Counted from the stretch's first letter, positions 1 to 9,513 are shown. The stretch: 64,000 nt of DNA from Paracoccaceae bacterium (GCA_965209045.1 CBDBPW010000001.1:258111-322110); one strand, 5' to 3'. The notes: generated by a model from the sequence alone, not told the origin. Made by a program: numbers and translations.

Positions 1-463
1 CGCCGTTCTCCTGGTTGGTCAGCGAGATGATGGCATTCGAATGTGTGTGATCGACGTGCTTGTGCGGCAATATCGCGTGCAGGACCGCCTCGATCGAGGG
101 ATTCGGGGCACCGGAATCGAGAAGCAGACGTCGTTGCGCCGCAACCAGGTCCACATCGCGCAGCCGCGGAATGCGCGCCAGCGCGGCCAAAGGAGCCAGT
201 TCAACCGCCGGCAGGCCGGCGGGTTCGATCGTGCCCATGTCCCAGCCCGAGCCCTTGACACAGAGCACCTCGTGCACGACGCCGAGCGCATCCGCCATCC
301 GCGTCTTTACCGAGGTGTTGCCGCCGCCATGCAGAACGAGCCGGGGCTCCCGCCCCAGAAGACGCGTGGTATAGGTCCGGATCGCAAGGTCTTCGTTGAC
401 TCCCTTGCCGACGTAGCTTGAGGTCAGTGCCCGCAGTTCCGAGTCATCCCAGCGTGATTGCAT
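1..463 (-). CDS. bifunctional class II aldolase/short-chain dehydrogenase (RhaD-like fusion family), N-terminal part only; 3' end lies beyond the window
   Basis: Absent from the ORF track because it runs off the window. My translation from ATG 463 (GGAGGG just upstream) is stop-free to base 1: MQSRWDDSELRALTSSYVGKGVNEDLAIRTYTTRLLGREPRLVLHGGGNTSVK..VKGSGWDM..HTHSNAII. This is the typical N-terminus of the aldolase/SDR fusion family. Confidence 0.8.
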   Translation of the reverse strand, partial: MQSRWDDSELRALTSSYVGKGVNEDLAIRTYTTRLLGREPRLVLHGGGNTSVKTRMADALGVVHEVLCVKGSGWDMGTIEPAGLPAVELAPLAALARIPRLRDVDLVAAQRRLLLDSGAPNPSIEAVLHAILPHKHVDHTHSNAIISLTNQENG

Positions 464-494
464 GTTGCCCTCCAGATGCGTGCCGCTTTGGTTC

Positions 495-1169
495 TCATGT
501 CCGGTCGGGCAAATGTCGTTCATCTTCATGCGTGCCATGCACGGGCATCTGCGGCTCCTTGCATCGCAACGCAATCGTCAGCGTGTCGCGCACGAAGGCG
601 ATATGGGCCGTCTCCTCAATGAGCTCGGCAAGGTACTGTGCGGCCATCAGTGTCCTGCCGACCCCGATCGTGCCATGATTGGCAAGCACCGCGGCCTTGA
701 CCGCCGGGTCGTCAAAGACCGGCCCGATCTGCGCAGCAGTCTGAGGTCCGCCGTTCTCGGACAATGGGATCAGGGGGATGCGCCCGACCTTCTCGACCGT
801 CTGCACCGTCAGGCAGGGTATTTCCAGGCCCGTGCTTGCGTATCCTGTTGCCCAGGGGCTGTGGCAATGGACCACGGCATCTACGTCGTCGCGGCGCCTG
901 TAGAGATCAAGATGAAATTCCAGATCCTTGGACGGCTTTAGATCCAATGCCGTGGGCAGAATCGTCCCGTCCAGCATTGCAACCTGCAGGTTCTCCCGGG
1001 TGCATTCGTTGAAGCCGACGCCCGAGGCCTTAATGATGATCGCATTGCGGTCTGCTAGCCGAACGGAGAGGTTGCCGCCTGCATTGGTCTGCAGGCGCAG
1101 GTCAAAGCAACGTTTCGCGATGGCGATCAGGTCATCCTTCTTTGTCGCGAGGTCAGAATTTGCCGACAT
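495..1169 (-). CDS. class II aldolase/adducin family protein
   Basis: 224-aa ORF with HCHSPWATGY and ANHGTIGVG motifs typical of the class II aldolase fold. Tightly packed with its neighbours. Confidence 0.85.
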   Translation of the reverse strand: MSANSDLATKKDDLIAIAKRCFDLRLQTNAGGNLSVRLADRNAIIIKASGVGFNECTRENLQVAMLDGTILPTALDLKPSKDLEFHLDLYRRRDDVDAVVHCHSPWATGYASTGLEIPCLTVQTVEKVGRIPLIPLSENGGPQTAAQIGPVFDDPAVKAAVLANHGTIGVGRTLMAAQYLAELIEETAHIAFVRDTLTIALRCKEPQMPVHGTHEDERHLPDRT

Positions 1170-1178
1170 GCCAGGCCC

Positions 1179-2312
1179 TCAGAGATATGGTTTCAGGAGT
1201 TCGAGCACGCGTTGCGCCGTTGGCGGCTCGTTGATGTGATGCGGTATGGACTCGACTTCGTAGTGGCGAGCTCGCGCGACTAGCATCTCGAAGCAAAGGA
1301 TGCGCAGCGCCTCGTCCTCGATTTCGCCGCTAGGGCAGTCGCGGTGCGAGAACCCGCCCATTGGGACGATCACATGCACCGGCGAATTGGCGTCGTTCAA
1401 ATGTCCGGCGAGAATCTCGCACGCCTCCGCCATTTCCTCGGGCAAGACCTTGACGTGAGTGAATTGCTTCGAATGCTGATAGTGCGGCCGGGCGCTGTGG
1501 GCCGGCTCCAAGGTGTCGACAGGCCCGAGCCCGAGAAAGTTCAGACCGCCGGGAAGAACGATCTGCGGCAGATCGGCGGCAGCGGTGAACCTGTTCTTCA
1601 TGGAAACATGGTCGCCTGCAAAGAGCAGCCGGTTCAGTTCGTGGCAGGTCAGGTCTACCACTGCCTTGAAGGCGCCTTCCTCGGCAAATCGCGCAAATCC
1701 CGCCCCACCGAACCCGTTGGCGTGAAAGACCGCGCATGCTTCGCCCCGGTCCCGCAGCCCGGCCTCAATGCTGGCCACCGCGACGCCGGTCGCACCGAGT
1801 GCGGTCAGTCCGATCATCGGCTCCGCCAATTGCGGCGCTGGCACGGGCTGATTGCACACGCCCGCGACCACTGCTGCTGCCGCCTCGAGGGTCTGCCGCA
1901 GCAAGTCGTTCAGGCCGAGTATGTCCACGAGTGTCGGCACGATGATGAACACCTTGTCCGCCAGCGCCGGACGCGGATCGAATGGCAGTGGCGTAATCAG
2001 GATCTTGGGATGCAGGGCCGGAAGCGCATCGAAGACCTGCAGCACGATCTCGCCGCCGGTTCCGCCCCCGATGCCGACCACGACACCGATCTCCTCTGCC
2101 CGCTTGCCGGCGAGATCGTGACCTATGTGCGCAGCGACCTCGGCCATGCGGCGCTTCTTTTCGTCGCCGTCGAGGGTGGATGCCCCGGCATGGAGGGAAA
2201 TGTCGACAAGCTTCACGGACACGCCCAGCTGCACCATTGCGGCGCGCAGGAAGCTGGCCTCCGCCTCCTTCGTCGTCAGCGTGGCGAGGAGGGTTGCCCT
2301 TGCCGCCATCAC
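1179..2312 (-). CDS. Tm-1-like ATP-binding domain protein (UPF0261 family)
   Basis: 377-aa ORF with GIGGGTGGEIV, FHANGFGGAGF and VLPGGLNFLG segments characteristic of UPF0261. Confidence 0.75.
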   Translation of the reverse strand: MMAARATLLATLTTKEAEASFLRAAMVQLGVSVKLVDISLHAGASTLDGDEKKRRMAEVAAHIGHDLAGKRAEEIGVVVGIGGGTGGEIVLQVFDALPALHPKILITPLPFDPRPALADKVFIIVPTLVDILGLNDLLRQTLEAAAAVVAGVCNQPVPAPQLAEPMIGLTALGATGVAVASIEAGLRDRGEACAVFHANGFGGAGFARFAEEGAFKAVVDLTCHELNRLLFAGDHVSMKNRFTAAADLPQIVLPGGLNFLGLGPVDTLEPAHSARPHYQHSKQFTHVKVLPEEMAEACEILAGHLNDANSPVHVIVPMGGFSHRDCPSGEIEDEALRILCFEMLVARARHYEVESIPHHINEPPTAQRVLELLKPYL

Positions 2313-3014
2313 CTAGCCCTTGACCGCACCGGCAGTCATGCCGGTGATGATCTGACGCGACGCAAACAGCGTGAACAGTATGGGCGGCACCGCCAGCAAC
2401 ATGCAGGTGGCCATGATGATGCCCCACTCGATGCTGAATTCTCTGGTGTTGTTCACGATCAGGATCGGAACGGTATTGGCGTCCCGGCCTGCCAGCGCGG
2501 AAGCCAGGAGACACTCGTTCCACGCAATTAGAAACGTGAAGATGGCGGCAGCGGCCAGTCCCGGATTGATCGGCGGCATCACGATCCGCCTGGACACATG
2601 GAACGGACCTGCGCCGTCGACGCGTGCGCCCTCTCTTGGCGAATGCGGAACCAGCAGAACTGCAGGCGGGACCATGCGCACGGCAAGCGTGGCAAGCGAG
2701 ACGCTGTCGCGCCCAATGAACCGAAAGCGGACGAGCGCGTAGGCTGTCATGCAGCCAATGTAGAGCGTCAGCGCCGTGGAGATCAGCGCAATTGTGATCG
2801 AGTTGATGAAGGCCCCGCCGAAACGGATGGCGCAGAAGTCCAGATGATCGGGTTCGTACCAAAGTATGTCGCAGAGTGCGGTGCCATGGTTCTGTACGGA
2901 GGGCATGAAGAAAAGAGCGCTGGCCCCGGAAATGATCTCGATGTCTGTCTTGAACGAGTTCGAGAACATCAGGAACACGGACCCGACTGACATGAATGCC
3001 AGCGTCACGAGCAA
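2313..3014 (-). pseudogene. carbohydrate ABC permease (MalG-type) remnant, N-terminally truncated and with an in-frame internal deletion
   Basis: The C-terminus ...FASRQIITGMTAGAVKG matches the intact permease at 8673-9512. About 40 residues between MVPPAVLLVP and EGARVDGAG are missing compared with that paralog and with smoG (TM segments and the start of the EAA loop). The first TM segment is missing too. Confidence 0.7.
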
Positions 3015-3112
3015 GGCGTAGGACGCAAGGTGCTGACGATCGCCGTGATGGCGTGCAGGACCTCAACGGCGCCGTAGCGCTTGGCGACCTTCGACAGGCG
3101 AATTTCAGGCAT
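3005..3112 (-). pseudogene. ABC transporter ATPase N-terminal stub (about 26 recognisable codons)
   Basis: ATG 3112 is preceded by GGAGGAG. MPEIRLSKVAKRYGAVEVLHAI is a canonical ABC ATPase start. The sequence then diverges before the Walker A motif and stops at 3005. Confidence 0.6.
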
Positions 3113-3143
3113 CGAATCCCTGCTCCTCCATAATGCCGCAATT

Positions 3144-3180
3144 TTGCATACAAAAAGAAAAGAAAGTATGCAAGTTTGCA
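3144..3180. promoter_or_regulatory. candidate operator palindromes in the divergent region upstream of the GntR gene
   Basis: TTGCATAC (3144-3151) and GTATGCAA (3166-3173) are perfect inverted repeats. TGCAA-GT-TTGCA (3169-3180) overlaps them. Confidence 0.35.
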
Positions 3181-3231
3181 TTTCCGTCTCGATGAGTGTA
3201 CTGAGCCCGGAAGCGGAGGACTGGGACAGGC

Positions 3232-3897
3232 ATGTTGAAGAGCGCCGCAAACCGCGCCGACAGCCAGAGACACTCGATGGCACAGCGCATCGAACAGGCA
3301 CTCTTGGAAGAGATAGGAACGGGCGACCTCAGGCCGGGACAAAGACTGGACGAGGTGGGCCTCGCAAGGCGATTCGGGGCTTCGCGAACCCCTGTGCGCG
3401 AGGCGCTGTCCCGCCTGGCCGCGCAGGGCATTCTTGTCCAGGGCGAGAGACGGGGTGTCTTCGTTGCGGAATATAGCCGTGAAGAGCTCAGCCAGATATT
3501 CGAGGCCATGCACGAAATCGAAGCCGCATGTGCAAGGATCGCCTCGCAGCGACTCACGTTCCTGTCGAGGTCGGAAATCGAGGCGGCGCAGGCTGCCTGC
3601 GTGGCCGCTGCGGAAGATGGCGACCGACCGAGATACCTGCGCGCAAACGAATCATTACACTTGGCCATCTACCGAGCCACGGGAAATCCGTACATCGCCG
3701 AGATCGCTTCCGAGTTCCGTCGGCGCACCGGCCCCTTCCGGGAAAAGAAGTTCGACACCCGTGACGATCTCCTGGCTTCTGCCCGGAGCCATGAGGAATT
3801 GATAAATGACATTTTCTCCGAGGATTCGGCAACGGCATCCCGAAGCATGCGCAGCCACATGACCGCGAGTTTCCTCGAAACGCTCAAGGCGAACTGA
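3232..3897 (+). CDS. GntR family (FadR/FCD-type) transcriptional regulator
   Basis: Winged-helix segment LDEVGLARRFGASRTPVREALSRLAAQGIL followed by an all-helical FCD-like C-terminal domain. Alternative start ATG 3277 (MAQRIEQ). Confidence 0.85.
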   Translation: MLKSAANRADSQRHSMAQRIEQALLEEIGTGDLRPGQRLDEVGLARRFGASRTPVREALSRLAAQGILVQGERRGVFVAEYSREELSQIFEAMHEIEAACARIASQRLTFLSRSEIEAAQAACVAAAEDGDRPRYLRANESLHLAIYRATGNPYIAEIASEFRRRTGPFREKKFDTRDDLLASARSHEELINDIFSEDSATASRSMRSHMTASFLETLKAN

Positions 3898-3989
3898 CGC
3901 CGAGGGGTGCCGGAGAATAGCATTGTAAATGTGTCCCTTTTCATACTTTTGTGCACAGAATTGGAAACACTGAACTACGGAGCGACCCC

Positions 3990-4922
3990 ATGACCGTTGC
4001 AGAGACGAGAATCTACCCCATAAACACAGGCTGGCTTCATGGGGACCTTGGAACCTACATTTTCTGGAAGGGCCCCGCAGGCAAGAAGAAGTGGCAGCCG
4101 GTCTATTGCCACTTCGTCGACACCGGCGAGCACAAGATCCTGATCGACACCGGGCTGCCGGATCAGGAACGCGCCAGCAAGTATCACCACAACTGCGAGA
4201 AACGCGGCTGCCTGCAGGTCCACGAGCACCTGGAACAGGAACTCGGCCTGCATCCCGACCAGATCGACGTGATCATCTTCACCCATCTTCACTGGGATCA
4301 CGTGCAGAACATGAAGGAGTTCAGGAACGCTCGCTACATCGCTCCGAAGGCCGAGCTCGAGATGGCATACAATCCGCTGCCGCTCTACTACCGCACCTAC
4401 GAGTGCGGCATTCTTGGCATCGAGCCAGCCTATGCAGGATGCGTCTTCGAGGCTGTGGACGGCGAGTGCGAGGTGCTGCCTGGCATCACGATGTTTCCGA
4501 CGCCGGGACACTCAGTGGGACACATGGCCGTGAGTGTCGCCACCAGTGCGGGCGACATCGTGGTTTGCGGCGACGCGATCTTCGAAGAGCGCAACCTGGA
4601 ACCGAATCCAGCCGAAATGTGGCGCTACTGGGTGCCCGCAAGGTTCGTGAATTCCTATGACGGCTGGAAGTCGGTCGAAGAGCTGGACAAGCGCGCAGAC
4701 TACGTCCTGCCGTGTCATGACCATGCAGCGAATGCGCGCTCGAAGGTCTTTCCCTTTGAAGGCATGCCGATTCGCAGGCGGCGCCAGGCGATTCCGGGCT
4801 ACCAGTTCTATTTCGGTGACATGCCCGCCGGCGCAGCCGGAAGGGAGGCGCCCGCGATGGCGGCCGAAGACGTCGATGCTTACGTTTCGAGCCTCGCCAG
4901 ACCCGAAGACATGGAAGACTGA
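3990..4922 (+). CDS. MBL-fold metallo-hydrolase (lactonase-like)
   Basis: HLHWDH (HxHxDH) metal motif and downstream PTPGHSVGH. ATG 3990 has GGAG 9 nt upstream; the track ORF begins earlier at 3951. Confidence 0.8.
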   Translation: MTVAETRIYPINTGWLHGDLGTYIFWKGPAGKKKWQPVYCHFVDTGEHKILIDTGLPDQERASKYHHNCEKRGCLQVHEHLEQELGLHPDQIDVIIFTHLHWDHVQNMKEFRNARYIAPKAELEMAYNPLPLYYRTYECGILGIEPAYAGCVFEAVDGECEVLPGITMFPTPGHSVGHMAVSVATSAGDIVVCGDAIFEERNLEPNPAEMWRYWVPARFVNSYDGWKSVEELDKRADYVLPCHDHAANARSKVFPFEGMPIRRRRQAIPGYQFYFGDMPAGAAGREAPAMAAEDVDAYVSSLARPEDMED

Positions 4923-4928
4923 CCCCCG

Positions 4929-5768
4929 ATGACCCGTGCCATCAGGAGCGTCCTGGAGGTGGCAATGGGATACGACGCCATCATTCTGGATCAATGGGGC
5001 GTGCTGCACGATGGCAGCGAACCGTATCCCGGCGCGGTGACTGCGCTTGAAGCGCTGCGGAGCGCTGGCGCACAGCTTGCGGTCCTGTCCAATTCGGGGA
5101 AGCGGGCATCGGAAAACGAGACACGGATCGCGGCAATGGGGTTCCCCCCTGGTCTGTTCAACGTGGTAATGACAAGCGGTGAGGCGCTTTGGCTGGACGT
5201 CAGGTCCGGTCGCGTGCCTGAACGGCGGTACTTCGCCGTCGAGCGGGTGCAAGGCGACGCGGATACATGGGCCGGCGGCCTGGATGTCACGATCTGTGAC
5301 GTGCCGGAGGCTGCCGAGGCGATCCTGATCATGGGGCTTCCCGAGAGCGCTGCCGCTGAGGATTGGCAGGATGTCCTGGATCACGCGATGACGGCGAACC
5401 TTACGGTCTATTGCTCGAATCCCGATCGCGCCAGCCCGCGCTCAGGGGACCGCAACACGCTGGCTCCCGGCGCGCTTGCTCACATGCACAAGGAGAATGG
5501 CGGCAACGTGGTCTTCTATGGCAAGCCTCATCTTCACGTGTTCGAGGCGATGGAGCGTTCCCTAGGGGGACCACGCCGGTTGATGGTCGGAGACAGCCTG
5601 GAACACGACATTGCAGGGGCACATGGTGCAGGCTGGGACAGCGTGTTCGTGCAAGGCGGTCTCCTGCGCCAGAATTTCACGGCTGGCGATGCGGCGGACA
5701 CCCTGGCCAGACTCTGCGCTGTAGAGGGCGTTCGGGCGCCCACATACCGAATGGAGCTACTTGCATGA
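4929..5768 (+). CDS. HAD superfamily hydrolase, subfamily IIA (TIGR01459-like)
   Basis: YDAIILDQWGVLHDG N-terminal motif and MVGDSLEHDI motif IV. Stop overlaps the next start (ATGA). Confidence 0.85.
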   Translation: MTRAIRSVLEVAMGYDAIILDQWGVLHDGSEPYPGAVTALEALRSAGAQLAVLSNSGKRASENETRIAAMGFPPGLFNVVMTSGEALWLDVRSGRVPERRYFAVERVQGDADTWAGGLDVTICDVPEAAEAILIMGLPESAAAEDWQDVLDHAMTANLTVYCSNPDRASPRSGDRNTLAPGALAHMHKENGGNVVFYGKPHLHVFEAMERSLGGPRRLMVGDSLEHDIAGAHGAGWDSVFVQGGLLRQNFTAGDAADTLARLCAVEGVRAPTYRMELLA

Positions 5769-6742
5769 GCGCATACCTCGCACCTCCGGATTCAGAGTTC
5801 CGCGCCCTCTCTGCCCGTCTTGGCAAGGATCCGCTTCAGGTCCAAGGCCCTGGAGGAAACACCTCCTTGAAAGACGGCGATGTCATGTGGATCAAGGCCT
5901 CAGGCACGGAACTGGCGCATGCGGAACGACAGGACATCTTCGTCGCCGTAAGTCGCGCGGTAGCGCTGGCGGAAACGCACGGGTCCGCAGGAGACGGGAG
6001 TTGCCAGGCAGCCGTTCTCGACCCGCATTCCAAGCTTCGACCGTCGATAGAGACGACGTTTCACGCCGCACTCGATCATACGGTCGTAGTGCATACACAT
6101 TCGGTCGCGACCCTGACGCATGCAATCAGCCCCGAAGGTCGTGCCGCCGCACGCGACAAGCTTGGAGGCCTGCCCTTCGTGATGGTGCCCTATGCCAAGC
6201 CCGGCCTGCCGTTGACCAATTCGATCATGTCAAGGGTGACGGCGGAAACAGCCGTGGTTGTTTTGCAGAACCACGGACTGATCTGCTGCGGCAGTTCAGC
6301 GTCGGAAGTTTCCGAACTGCTCGGCGAAGTGGAGGAAAGACTTGCCATGCCGCTTCGCGGGGCACAGTACACTCCCCCGGAAGCAAGTCCGGAATCCGGC
6401 ATGGAATGGGTGAGCGAGGGGTGGATGGCACAGCAACAGCGCACCTGCACATTGGCGATGTCCGGTTCGTACTATCCCGACCACGTCGTCTTTCTCGGAC
6501 CAGGAGGACTTCCTGCCAGCGGGCAAGAAGGCGCATGGCCAGCCAACCTTTCCGAGGGCGTCGGCATCGCGCTTCGTACTGACGCGTCATCAAGCCAACG
6601 AGCCATGCTGCGATGCCTTTCGGACGTGCTTGGGCGACTTCCGGAGGAGTGGTCTGCAAGTCCCATCGGACCAGAGGCAGAGGCAGAACTTCTGAACTGG
6701 GATGCCGAAAAGTACCGGCAGGCACTGGCTTCGCGCCCATGA
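5765..6742 (+). CDS. class II aldolase/adducin-domain protein, a stand-alone paralog of the N-domain of the aldolase/SDR fusion
   Basis: The real start is ATG 5765, inside the longer track ORF 5363-6742. VQGPGGNTSLKDGDVMWIKASGTEL and VVVHTHSVA mirror the motifs of the gene at 1-463. Confidence 0.8.
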   Translation: MSAYLAPPDSEFRALSARLGKDPLQVQGPGGNTSLKDGDVMWIKASGTELAHAERQDIFVAVSRAVALAETHGSAGDGSCQAAVLDPHSKLRPSIETTFHAALDHTVVVHTHSVATLTHAISPEGRAAARDKLGGLPFVMVPYAKPGLPLTNSIMSRVTAETAVVVLQNHGLICCGSSASEVSELLGEVEERLAMPLRGAQYTPPEASPESGMEWVSEGWMAQQQRTCTLAMSGSYYPDHVVFLGPGGLPASGQEGAWPANLSEGVGIALRTDASSSQRAMLRCLSDVLGRLPEEWSASPIGPEAEAELLNWDAEKYRQALASRP

Positions 6743-8046
6743 GCCTGGCGCTAGGAATCGACGTGGGCACGAGCGGCATTCGAACCGCCGTCGTGGACGA
6801 ATGCGGGGAAGTCCTGTCGAAGGCCCGATCGACGCATCTGCCCCTGGACCAGGATCGCATTGACGCGGAGAAGTGGTGGCAGGCGGTGGAAGCCTGCATG
6901 TTGCTCCAGGTCTCGTCACTGAACGAATCCGGTCGCAGGGGAACGGAGATTTCGCGGATCGCAGTTGACGGCACTTCGGGCAGCATGGTGCTGTGCGACG
7001 CCGGGCTGCGTCCGGTCGGCCGGGCATTGATGTATGATTCCGGCGGCTTTGAGACCGAGGCGGCGCAGATCGCCATGCACGCCCCGCGATCCCACATTGC
7101 GCGAGGACCGAATTCCGCGCTCGCGCGCGCCATGCGCCTCGTTGCGGAAGACACGGACGGGCTTGCCCGCCATCTTCTTCACCAGGCCGATTTCATCGCC
7201 GCCAAACTGATAGGCTGCGGCGGACATTCCGATCACAACAACGCCCTGAAGACCGGCCTGGATCCCGCGACTGGAACCTGGCCAGACTGGATCGGCAATG
7301 TCATTGACACTGCCCTGCTGCCACTCGCCCACGCGGCAGGAACTCCGGTCTCGGAGATCGAGCCCGATCTCGCCAACCGGATTGGATTGGCATCGAGTGC
7401 CGTTGTCTGCGCCGGCACCACCGACAGCATCGCGGCATTCCTCGCGGCAGCTCCTCCCAAGGCCGGAACGGCCGTGACCTCCCTCGGCTCCACCCTGGCA
7501 GTAAAGATGCTCGGTCACGAGCGAATCGACGATCCTGCAATCGGGCTTTATTCGCATCGACTCGGCGATTCCTGGCTGGTCGGCGGAGCGTCCAATTCCG
7601 GGGGTGCGGTACTCGCACAGTTCTTTTCGTCCGAGGACATTGCCCGCCTGAGCGCCGGCATTGACCCGAGAGCACCATCCGGCCTCGACTACTATCCGTT
7701 GATCCGTGCCGGAGAGCGATTTCCGGTCAACGATCCTAATCTTGCGCCGCGTGTTGCGCCCCGCCCCGCCGACGACACGACTTTCCTGCACGGCCTGCTG
7801 GAAGGCATCGCGCGAATCGAGGCGCAGTGCTATCGTGAAATAGAGAGTCGAGGCGGCGGTTTCCCGCAGGCAATCTACTCTGCAGGCGGAGGCGCAAGAA
7901 ACACTGCATTCACTGAAATCCGGGCCAGGACGCTTGGCATCCTGCCGGCATGTGCAAGGAACGTGGAAGCCGCGATCGGCGTCGCGCGAGTTGCGGCGGG
8001 CATGTCCCGAAAGTCAGGCGGCGCAGCGACGAACGTCAAGACCTGA
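6739..8046 (+). CDS. FGGY-family carbohydrate kinase
   Basis: MSLALGIDVGTSGIRTAVVD N-terminal actin-fold motif and GGGARN near the C-terminus. Start ATG 6739 overlaps the upstream stop (ATGA). Confidence 0.85.
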   Translation: MSLALGIDVGTSGIRTAVVDECGEVLSKARSTHLPLDQDRIDAEKWWQAVEACMLLQVSSLNESGRRGTEISRIAVDGTSGSMVLCDAGLRPVGRALMYDSGGFETEAAQIAMHAPRSHIARGPNSALARAMRLVAEDTDGLARHLLHQADFIAAKLIGCGGHSDHNNALKTGLDPATGTWPDWIGNVIDTALLPLAHAAGTPVSEIEPDLANRIGLASSAVVCAGTTDSIAAFLAAAPPKAGTAVTSLGSTLAVKMLGHERIDDPAIGLYSHRLGDSWLVGGASNSGGAVLAQFFSSEDIARLSAGIDPRAPSGLDYYPLIRAGERFPVNDPNLAPRVAPRPADDTTFLHGLLEGIARIEAQCYREIESRGGGFPQAIYSAGGGARNTAFTEIRARTLGILPACARNVEAAIGVARVAAGMSRKSGGAATNVKT

Positions 8047-8672
8047 CGCGACCCGCGAAGCACACATCGAATTACGGCGGCAGAAGACAATCTTCCCGAT
8101 GGCCGAGTGCCTGGCTGGATGTAGGGTTGGCAGCAGCGAAGACTCAGTCCGCCGACGTCTCGGCGAGTTCGGCCCATTCACGTCTCTCGAAATGACAAGG
8201 CAACGAATTAGGTCCGGAATCCTTGAACTCTCGAACGGGTTGCGCGCCCACATCCCGACATGGAGGCTGCGCCGCGGATTTCGCGCACGCTCCAGAACGG
8301 GGACAGCAGTGCTGCCGCATCGGGTCGAGGCCAATGCTGGTCTTCGCGTTCCAACAGCGGAAATTCGACGTGCTGATGGTTGCCGTCGCGAAATTTCGCC
8401 TGTGCTTGTCCGGCCGCGCATACAGGGACAGTTTCCTTCGCGACGCCACAGACCTTCGCACCTCCAGAAGTCCGGGCAATCCCGTTGCGAAGAATGACCG
8501 TTGCTCGACCGCAGGAATTGCGGGGTGCCGATTCCGCTCGTCACAACCAGGCGCGGGACCGTCAGGGCGGAAGCCACGTCCCTGCCCATCAAATGCCTGT
8601 GCCGGCAGGCGAGATGTCTGGCGCCTTCGACGCAGATGCTGACGTGACCAAAGCCCGCAAAGTGCGCCTGTG
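8047..8672 (-). pseudogene. probable decayed gene downstream of the permease; no intact ORF
   Basis: My three-frame minus-strand translation gives protein-like, GC3-rich stretches in different frames, each cut by stops or lacking a start. Examples: ..FAGFGHVSICVEG..LVVTSGIGTP.. and ..ATVILRNGIARTSGGAKVCGVAKETVPVCAAGQAQAKFRDGNHQHVEFPLLERED.. I could not assign a family. Confidence 0.3.
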
Positions 8673-9512
8673 TCACCCTTTCACGGCCCCTGCGGTCATG
8701 CCCGATATGATCTGGCGTGCGGCAAAGAAGGTGAACAGGAGCGGCGGGATCACGATCAGTGTTCCCATCGCCATGATCCGGCCCCATTCGACACCCGTGT
8801 CCGTAATGAACCCGGCCGCGCCAACAGGCAGGGTGCGCGTGGTCCGACCCGTAAGCAAAAGCGCGAGAATGAACTCGTTCCAAGCGATGCGGAACGTAAA
8901 GATCCCGGCGACTGCGTAGCCTGACTTCATGAGCGGCAGGAGCACCCTGAAGAACACCTGCAAGGGAGTGGCGCCGTCAACAATGGCCGCCTCTTCCAGC
9001 TCGACCGGGATCTGCTTGTAGAATCCAAAGAGCAGCCAGATGGCAAAGGGGAGGTTCAGCGCCGTGTAAAAAAAGATCAGCACCGCCAGATCGTTGTCGA
9101 GGCTGAAGTTCAGCACCATCGCGAAGGCCGGCACGGCAAGCACGGCCGGTGGCACCATGCGGACCAGAAGCGTGGAATTCGCGACCAAAACGCGGCCCCG
9201 AAACTCGGTCCGGGCCAGCGCATAGGCACAAAGCCCACCCAGGAACAACGTCAGGAAGGTGGCCACTGTCCCCACGATGACGGAATTCCAGAGGTAGCGA
9301 TCGAACTTGCCACGTGTCATGATGTGTTCATAATTGTCCAGCGTCGGCACGAAGAAGAACCAGATCGGCTCTTTCTGCTGAACAATCACGTCGTCCTTGA
9401 AACCTGTGGCCACCATGATCCAGATCGGCGCGAGCGTGATCAGGGCCAGCAGGATCAGCGCCGCGTAATGACCCGAGACGTGAAGCGGATTGTTGATCTG
9501 TCTTGCTGCCAT
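8673..9512 (-). CDS. carbohydrate ABC transporter permease (MalG-type)
   Basis: 279-aa ORF with six hydrophobic segments and EAA loop ELEEAAIVDGATPLQVFFRVLLP. Confidence 0.9.
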   Translation of the reverse strand: MAARQINNPLHVSGHYAALILLALITLAPIWIMVATGFKDDVIVQQKEPIWFFFVPTLDNYEHIMTRGKFDRYLWNSVIVGTVATFLTLFLGGLCAYALARTEFRGRVLVANSTLLVRMVPPAVLAVPAFAMVLNFSLDNDLAVLIFFYTALNLPFAIWLLFGFYKQIPVELEEAAIVDGATPLQVFFRVLLPLMKSGYAVAGIFTFRIAWNEFILALLLTGRTTRTLPVGAAGFITDTGVEWGRIMAMGTLIVIPPLLFTFFAARQIISGMTAGAVKG

Positions 9513-9513
9513 C

